Below are positions 36,817-47,645 of a stretch of DNA of 64,000 nucleotides, in pieces. The notes below the pieces were generated by a model. The model had not been told where the DNA came from and did not search any database. It saw nothing but the letters and a program-made list of their open reading frames with translations. A program made the position numbers and the translations under genes. Numbering within the stretch: the first letter of the stretch is position 1; every line of letters begins with the position of its first letter. Where the stretch lies: positions 62,001-126,000 of IMG/VR virus record IMGVR_UViG_3300023184_000025; one strand, 5' to 3'.

Positions 36817-37235
36817 CCTAAAGGAATGACCCTGGGATTGTTGGCCAGTACCTTTTTGGCACTTGCAAGAAATTTGGTATCACGTTTAAAATCTGCAAGA
36901 CGGCTTTCGGGATAAAACTTGACAGTGAGTTCATCAATATTAAAGTGAGCTTTCTTAATCTGATCTGCTACCTTGTTATACGGTTGTGTCTCTAGCTCTT
37001 TGATTAGGGACTGTTCTTTGGCCACAGCCTTTTCAAATTTAGTTTTGTCTTTGTGATAGGTTGCAATGTAGTCTGTCCTAAGTTTAACATTAGTATGACA
37101 CATGTCAATTCCCCATTGTAAATGATGTTGGGCTTCTGCTAGATTCTTGTACTGCCTGGGCGTCTTACGCTCAGTCCAGCCCATGTCATTGACCTGCAAG
37201 TAGGTACCATTGTCTAATAGGATAGTGTGTTTCAT
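36813..37235 (-). CDS. Hypothetical protein
   Basis: SD AAGGA, own promoter. Confidence 0.7.
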   Translation of the reverse strand: MKHTILLDNGTYLQVNDMGWTERKTPRQYKNLAEAQHHLQWGIDMCHTNVKLRTDYIATYHKDKTKFEKAVAKEQSLIKELETQPYNKVADQIKKAHFNIDELTVKFYPESRLADFKRDTKFLASAKKVLANNPRVIPLG

Positions 37236-37268
37236 TTTGGTGGCTTCCTTTTTAATTGCAGTACAAGT

Positions 37269-37297
37269 ATTATAACAAAACGGGAATTATCGGTCAA
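37269..37297 (-). promoter_or_regulatory. Early promoter TTGACC-N17-TATAAT
   Basis: Repeated promoter family. Confidence 0.85.
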
Positions 37298-37623
37298 TCG
37301 ATATATTTTGGATACTTGGGACGTTTAGGGCAGAAGGGACAGTCGGCATCCTTGCAAACGCCTTCCAGCCACTTGTTGCAAGGGTCACAATAATTGCTGT
37401 CAAATTCAACATTATAACTACGGAAAGTTCCACAATGAAAACACCCAATATCTTCCTCAGGGTCGAACTGTAGTCGGACCTTGGGATTGGCATTACGACG
37501 ACTAAGATTTGGATTGCGGTCGTGCGCCTCCGCTTTCATTGTTGTGAGATACGGTCTACAATTTTCCCAACCATTATGCATCATAATCTTACTCCGAAAA
37601 TTCGTAAAACTTAACGCTGGCAT
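37294..37623 (-). CDS. Cys-rich small protein (true start probably internal)
   Basis: CxxC, CxxC and C-x4-CxxC motifs. Confidence 0.55.
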   Translation of the reverse strand: MPALSFTNFRSKIMMHNGWENCRPYLTTMKAEAHDRNPNLSRRNANPKVRLQFDPEEDIGCFHCGTFRSYNVEFDSNYCDPCNKWLEGVCKDADCPFCPKRPKYPKYID

Positions 37624-37849
37624 CCAACTTTTGTAATTCTTTTGCCGCCGCAGTCAATTCCTTGTAACGTGATTGGACCAGGCTACGGGGCAATTCACCA
37701 TCGCATGTGAGATTCTCAGGACTCAGATCTGAGTCGATTGAATCAGCAATCTTCTGACGGTCAGTAGCATTGTCCAGGGTAAGTTCTTTGGCGCCAAAGA
37801 TTGTGGCATAAGCGTTTTTACGAACTAGGTATGTTTTTAATGCTGACAT
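37589..37849 (-). CDS. Hypothetical phage protein (LSPENLTCDGE motif)
   Basis: SD AAGGAG, own promoter. Confidence 0.75.
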   Translation of the reverse strand: MSALKTYLVRKNAYATIFGAKELTLDNATDRQKIADSIDSDLSPENLTCDGELPRSLVQSRYKELTAAAKELQKLDASVKFYEFSE

Positions 37850-37879
37850 TGTTAACTCCTTTTTAATTACTATACAAGT

Positions 37880-37908
37880 AGTATAGCAAATTAACAATTA
37901 TCGGTCAA
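37880..37908 (-). promoter_or_regulatory. Early promoter TTGACC-N17-TATACT
   Basis: Repeated promoter family. Confidence 0.8.
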
Positions 37909-37916
37909 CCAAAAAG

Positions 37917-37942
37917 AAAACCCCAGGAATTCCTAGGGTTTT
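37917..37942. terminator. Intrinsic terminator
   Basis: AAAACCCCAGG-AATT-CCTAGGGTTTT. Confidence 0.65.
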
Positions 37943-37963
37943 TGTTGTAAAAAAGCCACAAAT

Positions 37964-38185
37964 TTAGGTTGACAAGCAACGAAATAATTGGGAATTCAGA
38001 TCATCAATTTCTTCGCGAGGAACATAGAAATCTGTAGTACTATCGTAGTACTCACCGGCTTTGGGGTCATAGTACAAAACCCTGCCATTGACATAATGAA
38101 ACGGACCTTCTAGCCCTTTGCGGGGCAAAAAACGGTCATCCTTTTGAAACTTTACCCAGGCCATTTCTGAACTCCTTGTCAACAT
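37964..38185 (-). CDS. Hypothetical protein (GLEGPF...YYDPK motif)
   Basis: SD AAGGAG before MAWVKF (likely true start). Confidence 0.65.
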   Translation of the reverse strand: MLTRSSEMAWVKFQKDDRFLPRKGLEGPFHYVNGRVLYYDPKAGEYYDSTTDFYVPREEIDDLNSQLFRCLST

Positions 38186-38369
38186 AAAATTGGATTAGTT
38201 CTCGTTGAATTTGTGTGATCAAATCACCGTGGTCTTCGTTGACAACAAAACGTACCGGGCATCTGCCCCAGGCTTCATTTTGGTTAAAGTCAGCAAACCA
38301 CTTTCGATGTTCTTTGTTGTAAGGGTTAAACACAACCCAGGGGCGACCGTGCAATGATAATCTACTCAT
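38136..38369 (-). CDS. Hypothetical protein
   Basis: SD GGAG; promoter at 38409-38437. Confidence 0.7.
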   Translation of the reverse strand: MSRLSLHGRPWVVFNPYNKEHRKWFADFNQNEAWGRCPVRFVVNEDHGDLITQIQRELIQFYVDKEFRNGLGKVSKG

Positions 38370-38408
38370 TTAATAGGCTCCGTGTTCTAAAGTTTTAAAC
38401 ATAACGCA

Positions 38409-38437
38409 ATTATAAAATAATTCCAATTTTGTGTCAA
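38409..38437 (-). promoter_or_regulatory. Early promoter TTGACA-N17-TATAAT
   Basis: Perfect sigma70 consensus. Confidence 0.85.
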
Positions 38438-38456
38438 CCTCTAAGTTAGTAACTGC

Positions 38457-40334
38457 TTACAATTGGGTATCTGTAGGAACACCAACAGCACCCAAAGCGG
38501 CAATATTTCTAGCTTCACGCATTGACGCAATAATTGCCTGGCCTGTCTGGTTGCTGGTATCAGCTACACTATTGATGTAGTCTGCGGCTTGTCCGGGCTC
38601 TACATCTTTACCATAAGAGTGCAGACTTGACGCAAACGACAGCACAGAAGATGTTGCATTTGGCTGTAGGTTAGCAAAGTCAATCTGTGCTTTAGTCTGA
38701 TTGGTTTTTTCTCTTTCCAACTGAGCTGCCATATTACCAAATGCCGATGTTGTTATAGCAACATTGGTGGAATTTGTTGTGGCAATGTTTGAAATATCGC
38801 TGGCCGCAATTGGGATTAGCACATCAAAAACACTAGCATACAAACTTGGAGCAGAGTTTGCTGGCCCATACGTTCCTGCACCGGGCTGTGGTGCTGGTAT
38901 TATAATTTCTCCCAGTTCTGCCGGTGGTGGCGACGGATTTGGATTAGATTGATTGTAGGATCCACTTAACACGTAATTCATCACTGTAAAAACGCCAAGC
39001 TTGACAGAACTATTTGGATTTCCGTTATCAAATGATAGAGTGTAAAATGCGTTTGCTGTTGCAAGGTTTGACATGGTTGCTGTCACAATCGGTAATTCAA
39101 CATTTTGTGTGGCGCCAGCGGCTGTACCGATTACGTCGTTTAATACAAGAGTATTCCCTGGACCAGTTCCTGATCCCAGCTGAGATTGTAGTGTAGAACC
39201 AACTGAAGCCGGCACCGGTGTTGTTAACGCATTTATATCTCCAAGACCTGTGTTGGTTTCTATGCCAGTAACAGCTTTGCTCATTGATACCAGCGTGGAA
39301 TTAAAAATTCCCTTGATCTGCATTAGAGATGCTACCAGTGCTTTGTTAGCCAAGGCTTGGTCTTGAGGGATAATTTTTTGTAACGTGTTATAAAGATCAA
39401 TGTATGTTTGTGGCAATACTGTTGCTAATTGTTGATTAACGCTGCCTGACTGGTCTACATAAATTTTTTGTAATCCGTTGGCAGTAGGTGCAGTAAATCC
39501 GCCAAAGCTGGTAGGGAAAATCTTAACAGGGTTTAATAAATCAGCCATTGTTGAAATATTACTTGTGGTAACTTTCATAATAGCATTGACCTGTGATAGT
39601 GCATCACCTGTAATTTTTGTCATGCCTTCATACAAGGCCTTGTTTACGTTTTCGGCAAACTCAACTTTGGCTATACTGTTTAATTGACTGTCAGTGGCAC
39701 CGGCAGCAATGGCCATGGCACGTATAGCAGGTGTTAGTCCGGCAACATTTATAAACTGTTTTAGTAATGCGGCTGGGCTACCAAGACTATTAAGGTCTTT
39801 AAGATTGATCAGGCTGCCAAGCTTTTGCAGATCTTCACCAAACTTTTGCAAATTTGAATTAACACTGGAAAATCCACCAGTGGTCAGATCATCCATGTTG
39901 GTAAACGTGGTTGCAAGTGTTTTAGATTTTTCGTTGGCCTTTAAGAATTCGTTGGCCTGTGAAATGTATCCTTTTGACTGAGAAAAGATTTGCGTAAATT
40001 TGCTGACATCACTGTTACCTGTTTCTGTATTGGCGATCATGGTGATATAGCCAGTAAACCCAGTGGTATAGGTATTGCCTAATACATTGGCCGCTGTTGA
40101 TGGGATAGCATTAGTAACAGCAGGAAAGTTTGATGCTCCTAGTGTTTGTAAATTGGCTATTGTGGCATTGCCAATATTGCCAGCAATGGCATTGGCCACC
40201 ACACCCATGAACTGCTTAACAACAGCAACGTTGTTGTAATTGGTAATATTTAAAGTTAGATTACCACTGACAGTGATGCCTTGATTTTCTGTAAGGCCTG
40301 CGCTGGCAATCAATTGAGAAGGACTCAGACCCAT
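38457..40334 (-). CDS. Putative virion (baseplate/tail) protein
   Basis: 625 aa, Ala/Asn/Thr/Gly-rich, directly after PAAR. Confidence 0.55.
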   Translation of the reverse strand: MGLSPSQLIASAGLTENQGITVSGNLTLNITNYNNVAVVKQFMGVVANAIAGNIGNATIANLQTLGASNFPAVTNAIPSTAANVLGNTYTTGFTGYITMIANTETGNSDVSKFTQIFSQSKGYISQANEFLKANEKSKTLATTFTNMDDLTTGGFSSVNSNLQKFGEDLQKLGSLINLKDLNSLGSPAALLKQFINVAGLTPAIRAMAIAAGATDSQLNSIAKVEFAENVNKALYEGMTKITGDALSQVNAIMKVTTSNISTMADLLNPVKIFPTSFGGFTAPTANGLQKIYVDQSGSVNQQLATVLPQTYIDLYNTLQKIIPQDQALANKALVASLMQIKGIFNSTLVSMSKAVTGIETNTGLGDINALTTPVPASVGSTLQSQLGSGTGPGNTLVLNDVIGTAAGATQNVELPIVTATMSNLATANAFYTLSFDNGNPNSSVKLGVFTVMNYVLSGSYNQSNPNPSPPPAELGEIIIPAPQPGAGTYGPANSAPSLYASVFDVLIPIAASDISNIATTNSTNVAITTSAFGNMAAQLEREKTNQTKAQIDFANLQPNATSSVLSFASSLHSYGKDVEPGQAADYINSVADTSNQTGQAIIASMREARNIAALGAVGVPTDTQL

Positions 40335-40337
40335 TTT

Positions 40338-40628
40338 TTATCCTGCAAATACATCGCCGGATCCTTGACTAATTTGTGTGCATTGTGGGCCAAGGGCGTC
40401 ACCAACTCTGGCAATGGGTTTACCATTCACAAATACAGATCCCGACCCACCAGTGACTTTTGATTCGTGAATAGGGCATTTGCCCTTTTTAAGTTTATGC
40501 GGATCAGTACTGTCGCCTTGGCGTACAACGCCAACGCCGTTTACTTTTACGTCTCCACTGCCAGAGATCAACGTAGGCGGACTACAATCAACCACACACT
40601 TATCACCAATTCTTGCTACTGCTGGCAC
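40338..40628 (-). CDS. PAAR-repeat spike-tip protein
   Basis: PAVARIGD, VVRQGD, PIARVGD; GTG start at 40628. Confidence 0.9.
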   Translation of the reverse strand: MPAVARIGDKCVVDCSPPTLISGSGDVKVNGVGVVRQGDSTDPHKLKKGKCPIHESKVTGGSGSVFVNGKPIARVGDALGPQCTQISQGSGDVFAG

Positions 40629-40818
40629 GTTCTCTCTCCATAAGATCTTTAAATCTACTTTTCCAAAGATCAATTTCATCGTGATCTTTATCATTGTGTG
40701 GCAGCGGAGGAATCTCCGGGTCAAACTCAATAACATGATCAAGAATTTCGGGAATGTCTTCGTACCTTAGATAGGTATTGACTTTCCCGTTAACCATAAT
40801 TTTAAAGCAATGCGGCAT
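40603..40818 (-). CDS. Small protein upstream of PAAR
   Basis: YEDIPE...HVIEF.P..PP.PH pattern seen in T4-like phages. Confidence 0.65.
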   Translation of the reverse strand: MPHCFKIMVNGKVNTYLRYEDIPEILDHVIEFDPEIPPLPHNDKDHDEIDLWKSRFKDLMERERASSSKNW

Positions 40819-41117
40819 TAGCCCGTGATAATTTGCTTGCTAATTGGTGCAATTCCAGTGGTAGCCTGAATGTAACTGTTACGAACATCCTCACGAGCTT
40901 CGGCAATCATTGCCCAACTAGAATTATTTAGTCGCATATCTTTGTCCTTGTTTGCACTAAACAAAGTTGGCATCATTTGTAAACCTTGTGGGCTTAGTAT
41001 GCAACTAATTGGTTCTTTGATAATCATGTAATCAGCATGAATTTCAAGTATCTTTGCAACTAGTTCTTCTCCGGTAATGAGTTTAAATGTATAAGTTTCG
41101 TTAATTTTTGGTGTCAT
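40818..41117 (-). CDS. Sm-like fold phage protein
   Basis: FKLITGEELVA...YIQATTGI. Confidence 0.6.
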   Translation of the reverse strand: MTPKINETYTFKLITGEELVAKILEIHADYMIIKEPISCILSPQGLQMMPTLFSANKDKDMRLNNSSWAMIAEAREDVRNSYIQATTGIAPISKQIITG

Positions 41118-41377
41118 AGTGTTCCTAAGTTAATACCCAAACGTGTTCTAATTTCGTCTGCGTTAAGCTTACTTAAACCTTGAAAGCCACCATCGACAAA
41201 TAATTTATTGCCGTTGTAAATTTGTGGAACTGTGCGGTGTCCTTCACCAACAATAAAGTCACGGGCACCGGTGTCTTGGTCAATTTTAACTTCATTAAAT
41301 GGTATTTCCCATTTTGTTAGTAGTGCTTTTGCCTGATCGCAAAATGGGCAATGATTTTTTGAATATACTGTTATCAT
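41114..41377 (-). CDS. Glutaredoxin
   Basis: CPFC, TVPQI, GGF motifs. Confidence 0.92.
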   Translation of the reverse strand: MITVYSKNHCPFCDQAKALLTKWEIPFNEVKIDQDTGARDFIVGEGHRTVPQIYNGNKLFVDGGFQGLSKLNADEIRTRLGINLGTL

Positions 41378-41402
41378 TATTGTTTTCCTAATATAGATTA
41401 AT

Positions 41403-42530
41403 TTATAAACTTAATCCTGTAAATGTATTTGAATCAACATCTTGTTTTGTGCCGCCGACAATGTAACTAGAGATTTCTGTTTCCTGTGGCGCTACCTGTA
41501 CCTCTGCGCCAGCAATCCATTTAGCAGTCCACGGTAATGGATTACTGCCCAGTTTCATTCCACAGTCTAACCCTATTGCAGTCATGCGTTTACAGGTCAA
41601 CCAGTCCACGTAGTCAGATAACAATTTTTCGTTGAGTCCAATCATTGATCCATCTTTAAACAAATACCGTGCCCAGGATTTTTCTTGTGAGGCAGCGGCC
41701 AAAAACATTTTTTCACATTCAACTTTGGTTTCTTCTCTGATAGAAGCAAAGTCGGGATCATCTTTAGGTAGGATTTTAATCAATGTTTGTGTAGATGCCA
41801 GGTGCAGATTTTCGTCGCGAGCAATTAATTTAATAATCTTGGCATTGCCTTCCATTTTCTTGAGTTCTGCAAATGCCCAACTACAAGCAAAACTAACATA
41901 AAAACGAATGCCTTCAAGTGCATTGACGCTGTTGATAGCTAACCATAGTTTTTTCTTAAGTTCATATTCGTTCACTACAATATCTTTGCCATTAACGACG
42001 TGATTGCCTGCACCCAGATATTGATATGCAGTACTTGCTTCGATGCAGTCATCATAATATTTACTGATGTCCTTGGCACATTCCATGATTTCTTCAATGT
42101 TAGTTAGTTCATCAAATACTACACTTGGATCAGAAAATACATTTCGAATAATGTGAGTGTAACTGCGACTGTGAATAGTTTCGCTAAATGCCCAGGTCTC
42201 AATCCAAGTTTCTAATTCAGGAATTGATACCAATGGTAAAAAAGCAAGATTAGGACTGCGGCCTTGTACACTATCTAACAAGATCTGTCGTTTTAAATTG
42301 CTAGTAAAAATATGTTGTTCAAAGGTTGTTAAGTCTTTAAAGTCTTTAGCATCTCGTAATACATCAACTTCTTCTGGTCTCCAAAAGAAACCCAATTGTT
42401 TGTCAGTCAACTTGTCAAATTGTTTGTACTTTAGTGTTTCGTATCGTTGTACGTTAACCGGTCCGGCAGGGTCCAGAAAAGCTAGTTTTTCCGTGTGGTG
42501 TTTTGTTGTTATTGGATTGAATACCGACAT
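41403..42530 (-). CDS. nrdB: Ribonucleotide reductase class Ia beta subunit
   Basis: [27 protein letters not shown] motifs. Confidence 0.97.
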   Translation of the reverse strand: MSVFNPITTKHHTEKLAFLDPAGPVNVQRYETLKYKQFDKLTDKQLGFFWRPEEVDVLRDAKDFKDLTTFEQHIFTSNLKRQILLDSVQGRSPNLAFLPLVSIPELETWIETWAFSETIHSRSYTHIIRNVFSDPSVVFDELTNIEEIMECAKDISKYYDDCIEASTAYQYLGAGNHVVNGKDIVVNEYELKKKLWLAINSVNALEGIRFYVSFACSWAFAELKKMEGNAKIIKLIARDENLHLASTQTLIKILPKDDPDFASIREETKVECEKMFLAAASQEKSWARYLFKDGSMIGLNEKLLSDYVDWLTCKRMTAIGLDCGMKLGSNPLPWTAKWIAGAEVQVAPQETEISSYIVGGTKQDVDSNTFTGLSL

Positions 42531-42542
42531 GTTATTTCTCTT

Positions 42543-44861
42543 TTAAATCTTACAACTGTCACAATCATCCATGGATTGATCAACAGTAGAGTCAATACTT
42601 TCTAACAGTATTGACTTTCCTTGCGACAGTCTTTCTGCGTCAATTTCTCCGCTGCCATCGTATGTATTGAAATAGTATAGCTGTTTACCACCATACTTGA
42701 AGAACATGATAAGATGCTTGAGCATTTCGCTCATTGGAATCTTTTCATCTTCAAAGAATTGTGGATTATAACTTGTGTTAACACTAATACCCTGATCAAT
42801 ATATTTTTGCAGAACTGCCATAATTTTCAAATATCCCTCTGGGCTTTTTTGACTCCATAGCAATTCATATTTGTTTTTTAGTCGACGATACTCTGGCACA
42901 ACCTGCTTGAGCACACCATCTTTACTTTGTTTGATAGAAACATAACTACGAGGTGGTTCAACCCCGTTGGTACTGTTACTAATCTGCGCACTGGTTTCTG
43001 CTGGCATTAGAGCCATTAATGTAGAATTGCGTATACCATGCTCGCGCAGTTGACTACGCAGACCTTCCCAGTTAACATAGTCAACATGCGGTACTAATTC
43101 ATCAACTTCATGTTTGTATGTGTCAATGGGGAGAATGCCATCACCGTATTTGGTTTCATTGTTTTTAGGACATGCTCCTCTTTCTTTGGCAAGATCTGCG
43201 CTGGCTTTGATTAGATAATAACTCCAGTACTGTGCCCACTTGTCAACCACCGGCAATGCCCGTGGATCAGTATAGGTTAGATCATTTTTTGCTAACCAGT
43301 AGGCAAAATTGATAATACCAACGCCCAACGGTCTACGATTCTGTGTAGCAAGTTCAGCGGCAATAACAGGATAACTCTGATAGGATAACAAATTGTCTAG
43401 TCCTCGAACAGCAAGTGTGCAGGCTTTTTCCATGTCTTCAGGGTCCTTGAACACTCCCCAGTTGATAGCACTCAGTGTACATAGTGCAATTTCGCCTTCG
43501 GCGTCATGGATATCTTTAAGGGGTTTAGTCGGTAAATCAATTTCACAGCAAAGATTGCTTTGTTTAATTGGTGCAAGTTCAGGTTTAAAACTGCTGTGAC
43601 TGTTGGCATGATCAACATTTTGCAAGTACACACGACCTGTGTCTTTACGTTCTTGCATGAATGCAGTAAACAGATCAATTGCCTTGACTTTCTTTTTACG
43701 CAACTTGGTATTACGCTCGGCTGTTTCGTATAGTTCTCTGAACCGATCTACATCTGCATAAAATGCATCAAACATTTCAGGAACATCGTGTGGACTAAAC
43801 AAAGTGATGTCGCCGCCAGTGAGTAATCGTTCGTACATGACCTTGTTGAACTGTACTCCGTAGTCCATGTGACGAACACGATTGTCTTCAGTGCCTTTAT
43901 TGTTTTTAAGAACCAACAGATCCTCAACTTCTAGATGCCATACTGGATAATACAATGTTGCCGCTCCATTGCGAACCCCACCTTGACTACAACTGCGTGT
44001 GCCAGCCTGGAACATCTTATAAAAAGGAATAACACCGGTATGATATGCATCACCGTTACGAATAGGACTACCAATGGCACGAATACGGCCGGCGCCTATG
44101 CCGATGCCAGCCTTTTGACTTACATATTTTACAATACTAGATGTTGTGGCATTGATGCTGTCAAGACTATCGTCAGTTTCAATTAGCACACAGCTACTGA
44201 ATTGACGTTGCGGTGTTCTAACTCCAGCCATCACCGGAGTAGGCAAACTAATTTGATGTGTGCTAATTGCATCGTAGTAATCTTTGACCCACATCATCCG
44301 TGCTTCTCGAGGATATTTACTAAACAATGTTGCCGCAATAAGCAGGTATGCGATCTGGGGTGTTTCTAATATCTCTTTGGTTACACGATTTTGTACAAGA
44401 TACTTGCCGCGGAACTGTTCCATGGCTGCATAGGTCAACTGGTCATCACGATCATGTTTAATGTATCCATTTAAACGTTCCCACTCCTCGGAACTATAAT
44501 CATTTATCAACTCACGGTCGTAGAATCCACGAGCTACGTTTTGTTCCACTAATTGGAAAAGATTGCATGGTTCATATTTGCCATAGACTTCTTTACGCAG
44601 ATGATAGTTGATTAAACGACCAGCAACATATTGGTAATTTGGTGTTTCTTCACTGATTAAATCAGCGGCGCTTTTGATCAGGGTTTCTTGGATGTTTGCA
44701 GTTGGGATTCCATTATAAAACTGTAAATGGCTTTTGATTTCTAGTTCACTAGCACTGACTCCTGTGATTCCTTCTGTTGCCCAAAAAACTACTTTATGCA
44801 TTTTTTCGAGATTGAGTGGTTCTCGAGTACCATCTCTTTTTGTTACTTGTATTTGTGTCAT
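42543..44861 (-). CDS. nrdA: Ribonucleotide reductase class Ia alpha subunit
   Basis: ATP cone, SSC, SNLCCEI, YY, C-terminal CDSC. Confidence 0.97.
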   Translation of the reverse strand: MTQIQVTKRDGTREPLNLEKMHKVVFWATEGITGVSASELEIKSHLQFYNGIPTANIQETLIKSAADLISEETPNYQYVAGRLINYHLRKEVYGKYEPCNLFQLVEQNVARGFYDRELINDYSSEEWERLNGYIKHDRDDQLTYAAMEQFRGKYLVQNRVTKEILETPQIAYLLIAATLFSKYPREARMMWVKDYYDAISTHQISLPTPVMAGVRTPQRQFSSCVLIETDDSLDSINATTSSIVKYVSQKAGIGIGAGRIRAIGSPIRNGDAYHTGVIPFYKMFQAGTRSCSQGGVRNGAATLYYPVWHLEVEDLLVLKNNKGTEDNRVRHMDYGVQFNKVMYERLLTGGDITLFSPHDVPEMFDAFYADVDRFRELYETAERNTKLRKKKVKAIDLFTAFMQERKDTGRVYLQNVDHANSHSSFKPELAPIKQSNLCCEIDLPTKPLKDIHDAEGEIALCTLSAINWGVFKDPEDMEKACTLAVRGLDNLLSYQSYPVIAAELATQNRRPLGVGIINFAYWLAKNDLTYTDPRALPVVDKWAQYWSYYLIKASADLAKERGACPKNNETKYGDGILPIDTYKHEVDELVPHVDYVNWEGLRSQLREHGIRNSTLMALMPAETSAQISNSTNGVEPPRSYVSIKQSKDGVLKQVVPEYRRLKNKYELLWSQKSPEGYLKIMAVLQKYIDQGISVNTSYNPQFFEDEKIPMSEMLKHLIMFFKYGGKQLYYFNTYDGSGEIDAERLSQGKSILLESIDSTVDQSMDDCDSCKI

Positions 44862-44864
44862 TGT

Positions 44865-45290
44865 TTAACCTATTAAATGGCGTACTTGTTCGCCGTCGAC
44901 TGTTTTTTTAATTTTAATGTTTGCGGTAGAAATATTTAACAACTCTTCCGTGGACCAATTCAATATATATTTCCCTTGGTTGATTAGGACTAAATTAGTC
45001 TCTTCACAACTGGCCAATTCAATGTTGTTAATGTCTGGATGATCTATCATTATAGTAGTATACACTATTCCTAGAGATCTTGCAAGATCACAGAACAGAT
45101 TATCTGATAAAAGTTCCCAGGGATTTGGCCAAGTTTCCTGATCGTCCCAGTGTAGATGATAAGGAGTCCAGGGTGTTTGTTGCCACCACCGGTTTATTTT
45201 GTTTAAAGAAGATTCGAGGCTAAGATTCTTAGCCTCTTCTCGAAGAATGGACCATTGTATTAAACGGTCCTCAAATTTTACAGGCCACAT
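44865..45290 (-). CDS. Hypothetical protein
   Basis: 141-aa ORF in operon. Confidence 0.7.
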   Translation of the reverse strand: MWPVKFEDRLIQWSILREEAKNLSLESSLNKINRWWQQTPWTPYHLHWDDQETWPNPWELLSDNLFCDLARSLGIVYTTIMIDHPDINNIELASCEETNLVLINQGKYILNWSTEELLNISTANIKIKKTVDGEQVRHLIG

Positions 45291-45293
45291 TAA

Positions 45294-46880
45294 TTAAGCA
45301 AGGTGAGCAATAGAATAGGTTAGTGTTCCGGGGTCCCCGGTGTTGGTTGTTGCATATTTTACAGATACAGTATTAACTACCTGTGTGGCAGAAAGTGTGA
45401 CTCCAGCAGTTAAGTTTTCAGTGTAGTCATCACTGTAAGATAATGTTAAACTACTGTCATCGCTGACTTGCGCAGTAACAATCATTGTGCCGTGTCTGAT
45501 TGAACTAGAACGAGAGATGGTATAATCAAGTCTAAAGGCCTTGGTGTCAACTGAATTGACACTAAAGATTGTTTGGTTGGACTGATTATTACCTAGAGTA
45601 AAAGTTTTTCCTGATTCTCTAGCATATCTGCCCAGTTGAATCAATGTGGTAGTGTCCACTGACCCGCCAACAATGTCTATCCGTGGGTAGATGTTGTTGT
45701 CAGCATCTGTTCTTGCAAACAAATCACTGACTGAAATATTATTATCATTGCCAAATTTAACAACTGAACAAGCTGGGCTAGTTGTGTAATTGTTACCAAC
45801 GTCTAAGAATGCATTATATGCACTAACGTTTAATCCGACTTCGTCATAATATATGCCTTCAGCATATATTCTATCAAATATGTTGTGTACGGCACGGAAT
45901 CCCGACGGGCCTCCATTAATGGGTGTTCCTTCTCCAAGTACAATACCTCTATAGAGTGTGTCAAATTTACTGTTGCTAACTGTTATACCTTCAATTTGAT
46001 AATCTGTGTTTATACCATATGTTAGGCCTTGGAACTGACATTTATCAAATACTATTTGATTGCAAACCAAGTTTGTTGTGCTATAAAATCTCACACCGGC
46101 AACGTCGTCGATACTTTGATTTGTGCTAATGTCAGTGTCCGACAATGGTCCAATAAAGTTAACACTATCAAACCAACATTGTGTTGCATCTTCAACATTG
46201 AAAATATCCGTTACCACTGTACTTTCAAAAGTCATTGAAGAAATTTCAATGTTGCGAGGAGCAACTGCTCCATTGTTTCCAATATTTGCACCAGTTTGTT
46301 GTTGACTATCACCATAACGTGCAACATAAGCAGATAAGCTACTTAAATCAGTAGAAATATCAAGTTGGATGATAGAGCAGTTTGCACCTTCGCCGACTAG
46401 TTTTGCGTAAGTTGGAATAATAAGTGATTCTGTAATTTTATATGTTCCGGCTGGAAAATACAAAGTTCGACGTATCTGACTATTTGTGTCTCTACAATAA
46501 AGTTGGAATAATGCTCGATTAATGGCTTGGGTATCGTCAGCATGGCCATCACCTTTTGCTCCAAAATCTCGTACATCGGCAATATCATCTAGTTTGGCCT
46601 GAAGCGTTCTAATAGTTGGGTCGTCTGGAGTTGGCCCGGTCTGTGCGGCATACCCCACAGCAATATCTTGATAAGTGTAATTGCTTAAAACAGTGATGTC
46701 TGAAAATTCTGTTAAAATTTCAGTGTTGCCGATGACTGGAGCACCTTCGTCGGGTGTTCCGTTGCCTATAAAAAGTTGGCGACTGTCAATACACCAGCCG
46801 AATTCAGCTCCCGAAAGCTGTGGAAGGTTCTCCTGGAGACCTTTCCGATTTGTAATTCTTGATACTTGTACTATAGCCAT
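45294..46880 (-). CDS. Tail fibre/spike-like protein with pectate-lyase-like beta helix
   Basis: LPQL..AEFGW..D...LFIGNG N-terminus; VRDFGAKGDG..DDT, YFPAGTY motifs. Confidence 0.75.
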   Translation of the reverse strand: MAIVQVSRITNRKGLQENLPQLSGAEFGWCIDSRQLFIGNGTPDEGAPVIGNTEILTEFSDITVLSNYTYQDIAVGYAAQTGPTPDDPTIRTLQAKLDDIADVRDFGAKGDGHADDTQAINRALFQLYCRDTNSQIRRTLYFPAGTYKITESLIIPTYAKLVGEGANCSIIQLDISTDLSSLSAYVARYGDSQQQTGANIGNNGAVAPRNIEISSMTFESTVVTDIFNVEDATQCWFDSVNFIGPLSDTDISTNQSIDDVAGVRFYSTTNLVCNQIVFDKCQFQGLTYGINTDYQIEGITVSNSKFDTLYRGIVLGEGTPINGGPSGFRAVHNIFDRIYAEGIYYDEVGLNVSAYNAFLDVGNNYTTSPACSVVKFGNDNNISVSDLFARTDADNNIYPRIDIVGGSVDTTTLIQLGRYARESGKTFTLGNNQSNQTIFSVNSVDTKAFRLDYTISRSSSIRHGTMIVTAQVSDDSSLTLSYSDDYTENLTAGVTLSATQVVNTVSVKYATTNTGDPGTLTYSIAHLA

Positions 46881-46925
46881 GTTGTGAGATCCGTTTAGTT
46901 CTAGTATTTATTCAGGATTGCAAGC

Positions 46926-47645
46926 TTACTGTTGTAGATAGAATTGCTCTACTTTACGCCACCACTGGTCTCTATAGTGCTCAAACTCTGCGCCTTCAAT
47001 CACAAATTCTTGATATTCCGGGGGCTTAATGATGTTAAACTGGTCGTCTAAGTCTGGTTTAACGCACATTAAAACAACACCTTTTTTAATATTTGTTCCG
47101 TGCAGTTCGTTGTGCGCTTCGGCGTAGGCACACAATTGCATAAAATAATCATCTACCCATTCGCGTTTTTTAGGTTTATTAGTTTGTTTATAATCCAAGA
47201 TAGCTTCTTGGTTTAGGTGTATTCCTGCACCATCTGTGGTACCTGCATAGATATTAGGAAAATACAGCGGAACTTCAATACCCCAAAACTCATCGACGTT
47301 TTTTAAACCTTTGTCCGCTACAACTTTAGCCATGGCATGACTGGGCCATGAATAAGGGTTACTGCCCGGATCTTTAATTTCGCCGTCACGTACATACTGC
47401 TCAAGATATGTGTGCATACGTGTTCCTCGGTTGGCGGCTTCTGTGGTGATCTGTTGTGCTTTTTCTACCCCTACACTTCGGCGCCAGCGATTTAAAGCTT
47501 CGACTTTTTCTTGTGGTTTAGTTTTATCCAAAATTGTAGTTACGCTAGGAAGATTTTTGCCGTCGGGTGTGGCATAAAAACGTTTACCATCGACGGTGAC
47601 TCGAGGAATTGGTTGGTAGTTATATCGGTTAATTAATTTTGTCAT
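46926..47645 (-). CDS. PD-(D/E)xK exonuclease
   Basis: PSVTTIL, GTRMH, E...AGTTD...DYK, QLCAY motifs. Confidence 0.85.
   Translation of the reverse strand: MTKLINRYNYQPIPRVTVDGKRFYATPDGKNLPSVTTILDKTKPQEKVEALNRWRRSVGVEKAQQITTEAANRGTRMHTYLEQYVRDGEIKDPGSNPYSWPSHAMAKVVADKGLKNVDEFWGIEVPLYFPNIYAGTTDGAGIHLNQEAILDYKQTNKPKKREWVDDYFMQLCAYAEAHNELHGTNIKKGVVLMCVKPDLDDQFNIIKPPEYQEFVIEGAEFEHYRDQWWRKVEQFYLQQ

Noticed and set aside
41403-44861. Introns or inteins in nrdA/nrdB (also helicase and ligase)
   Set aside because: Normal lengths, continuous frames, no splicing motifs.
46926-47645. Cas4-like nuclease as sign of a CRISPR system
   Set aside because: No array or other cas genes, and no Cas4 Cys cluster; ordinary phage exonuclease.
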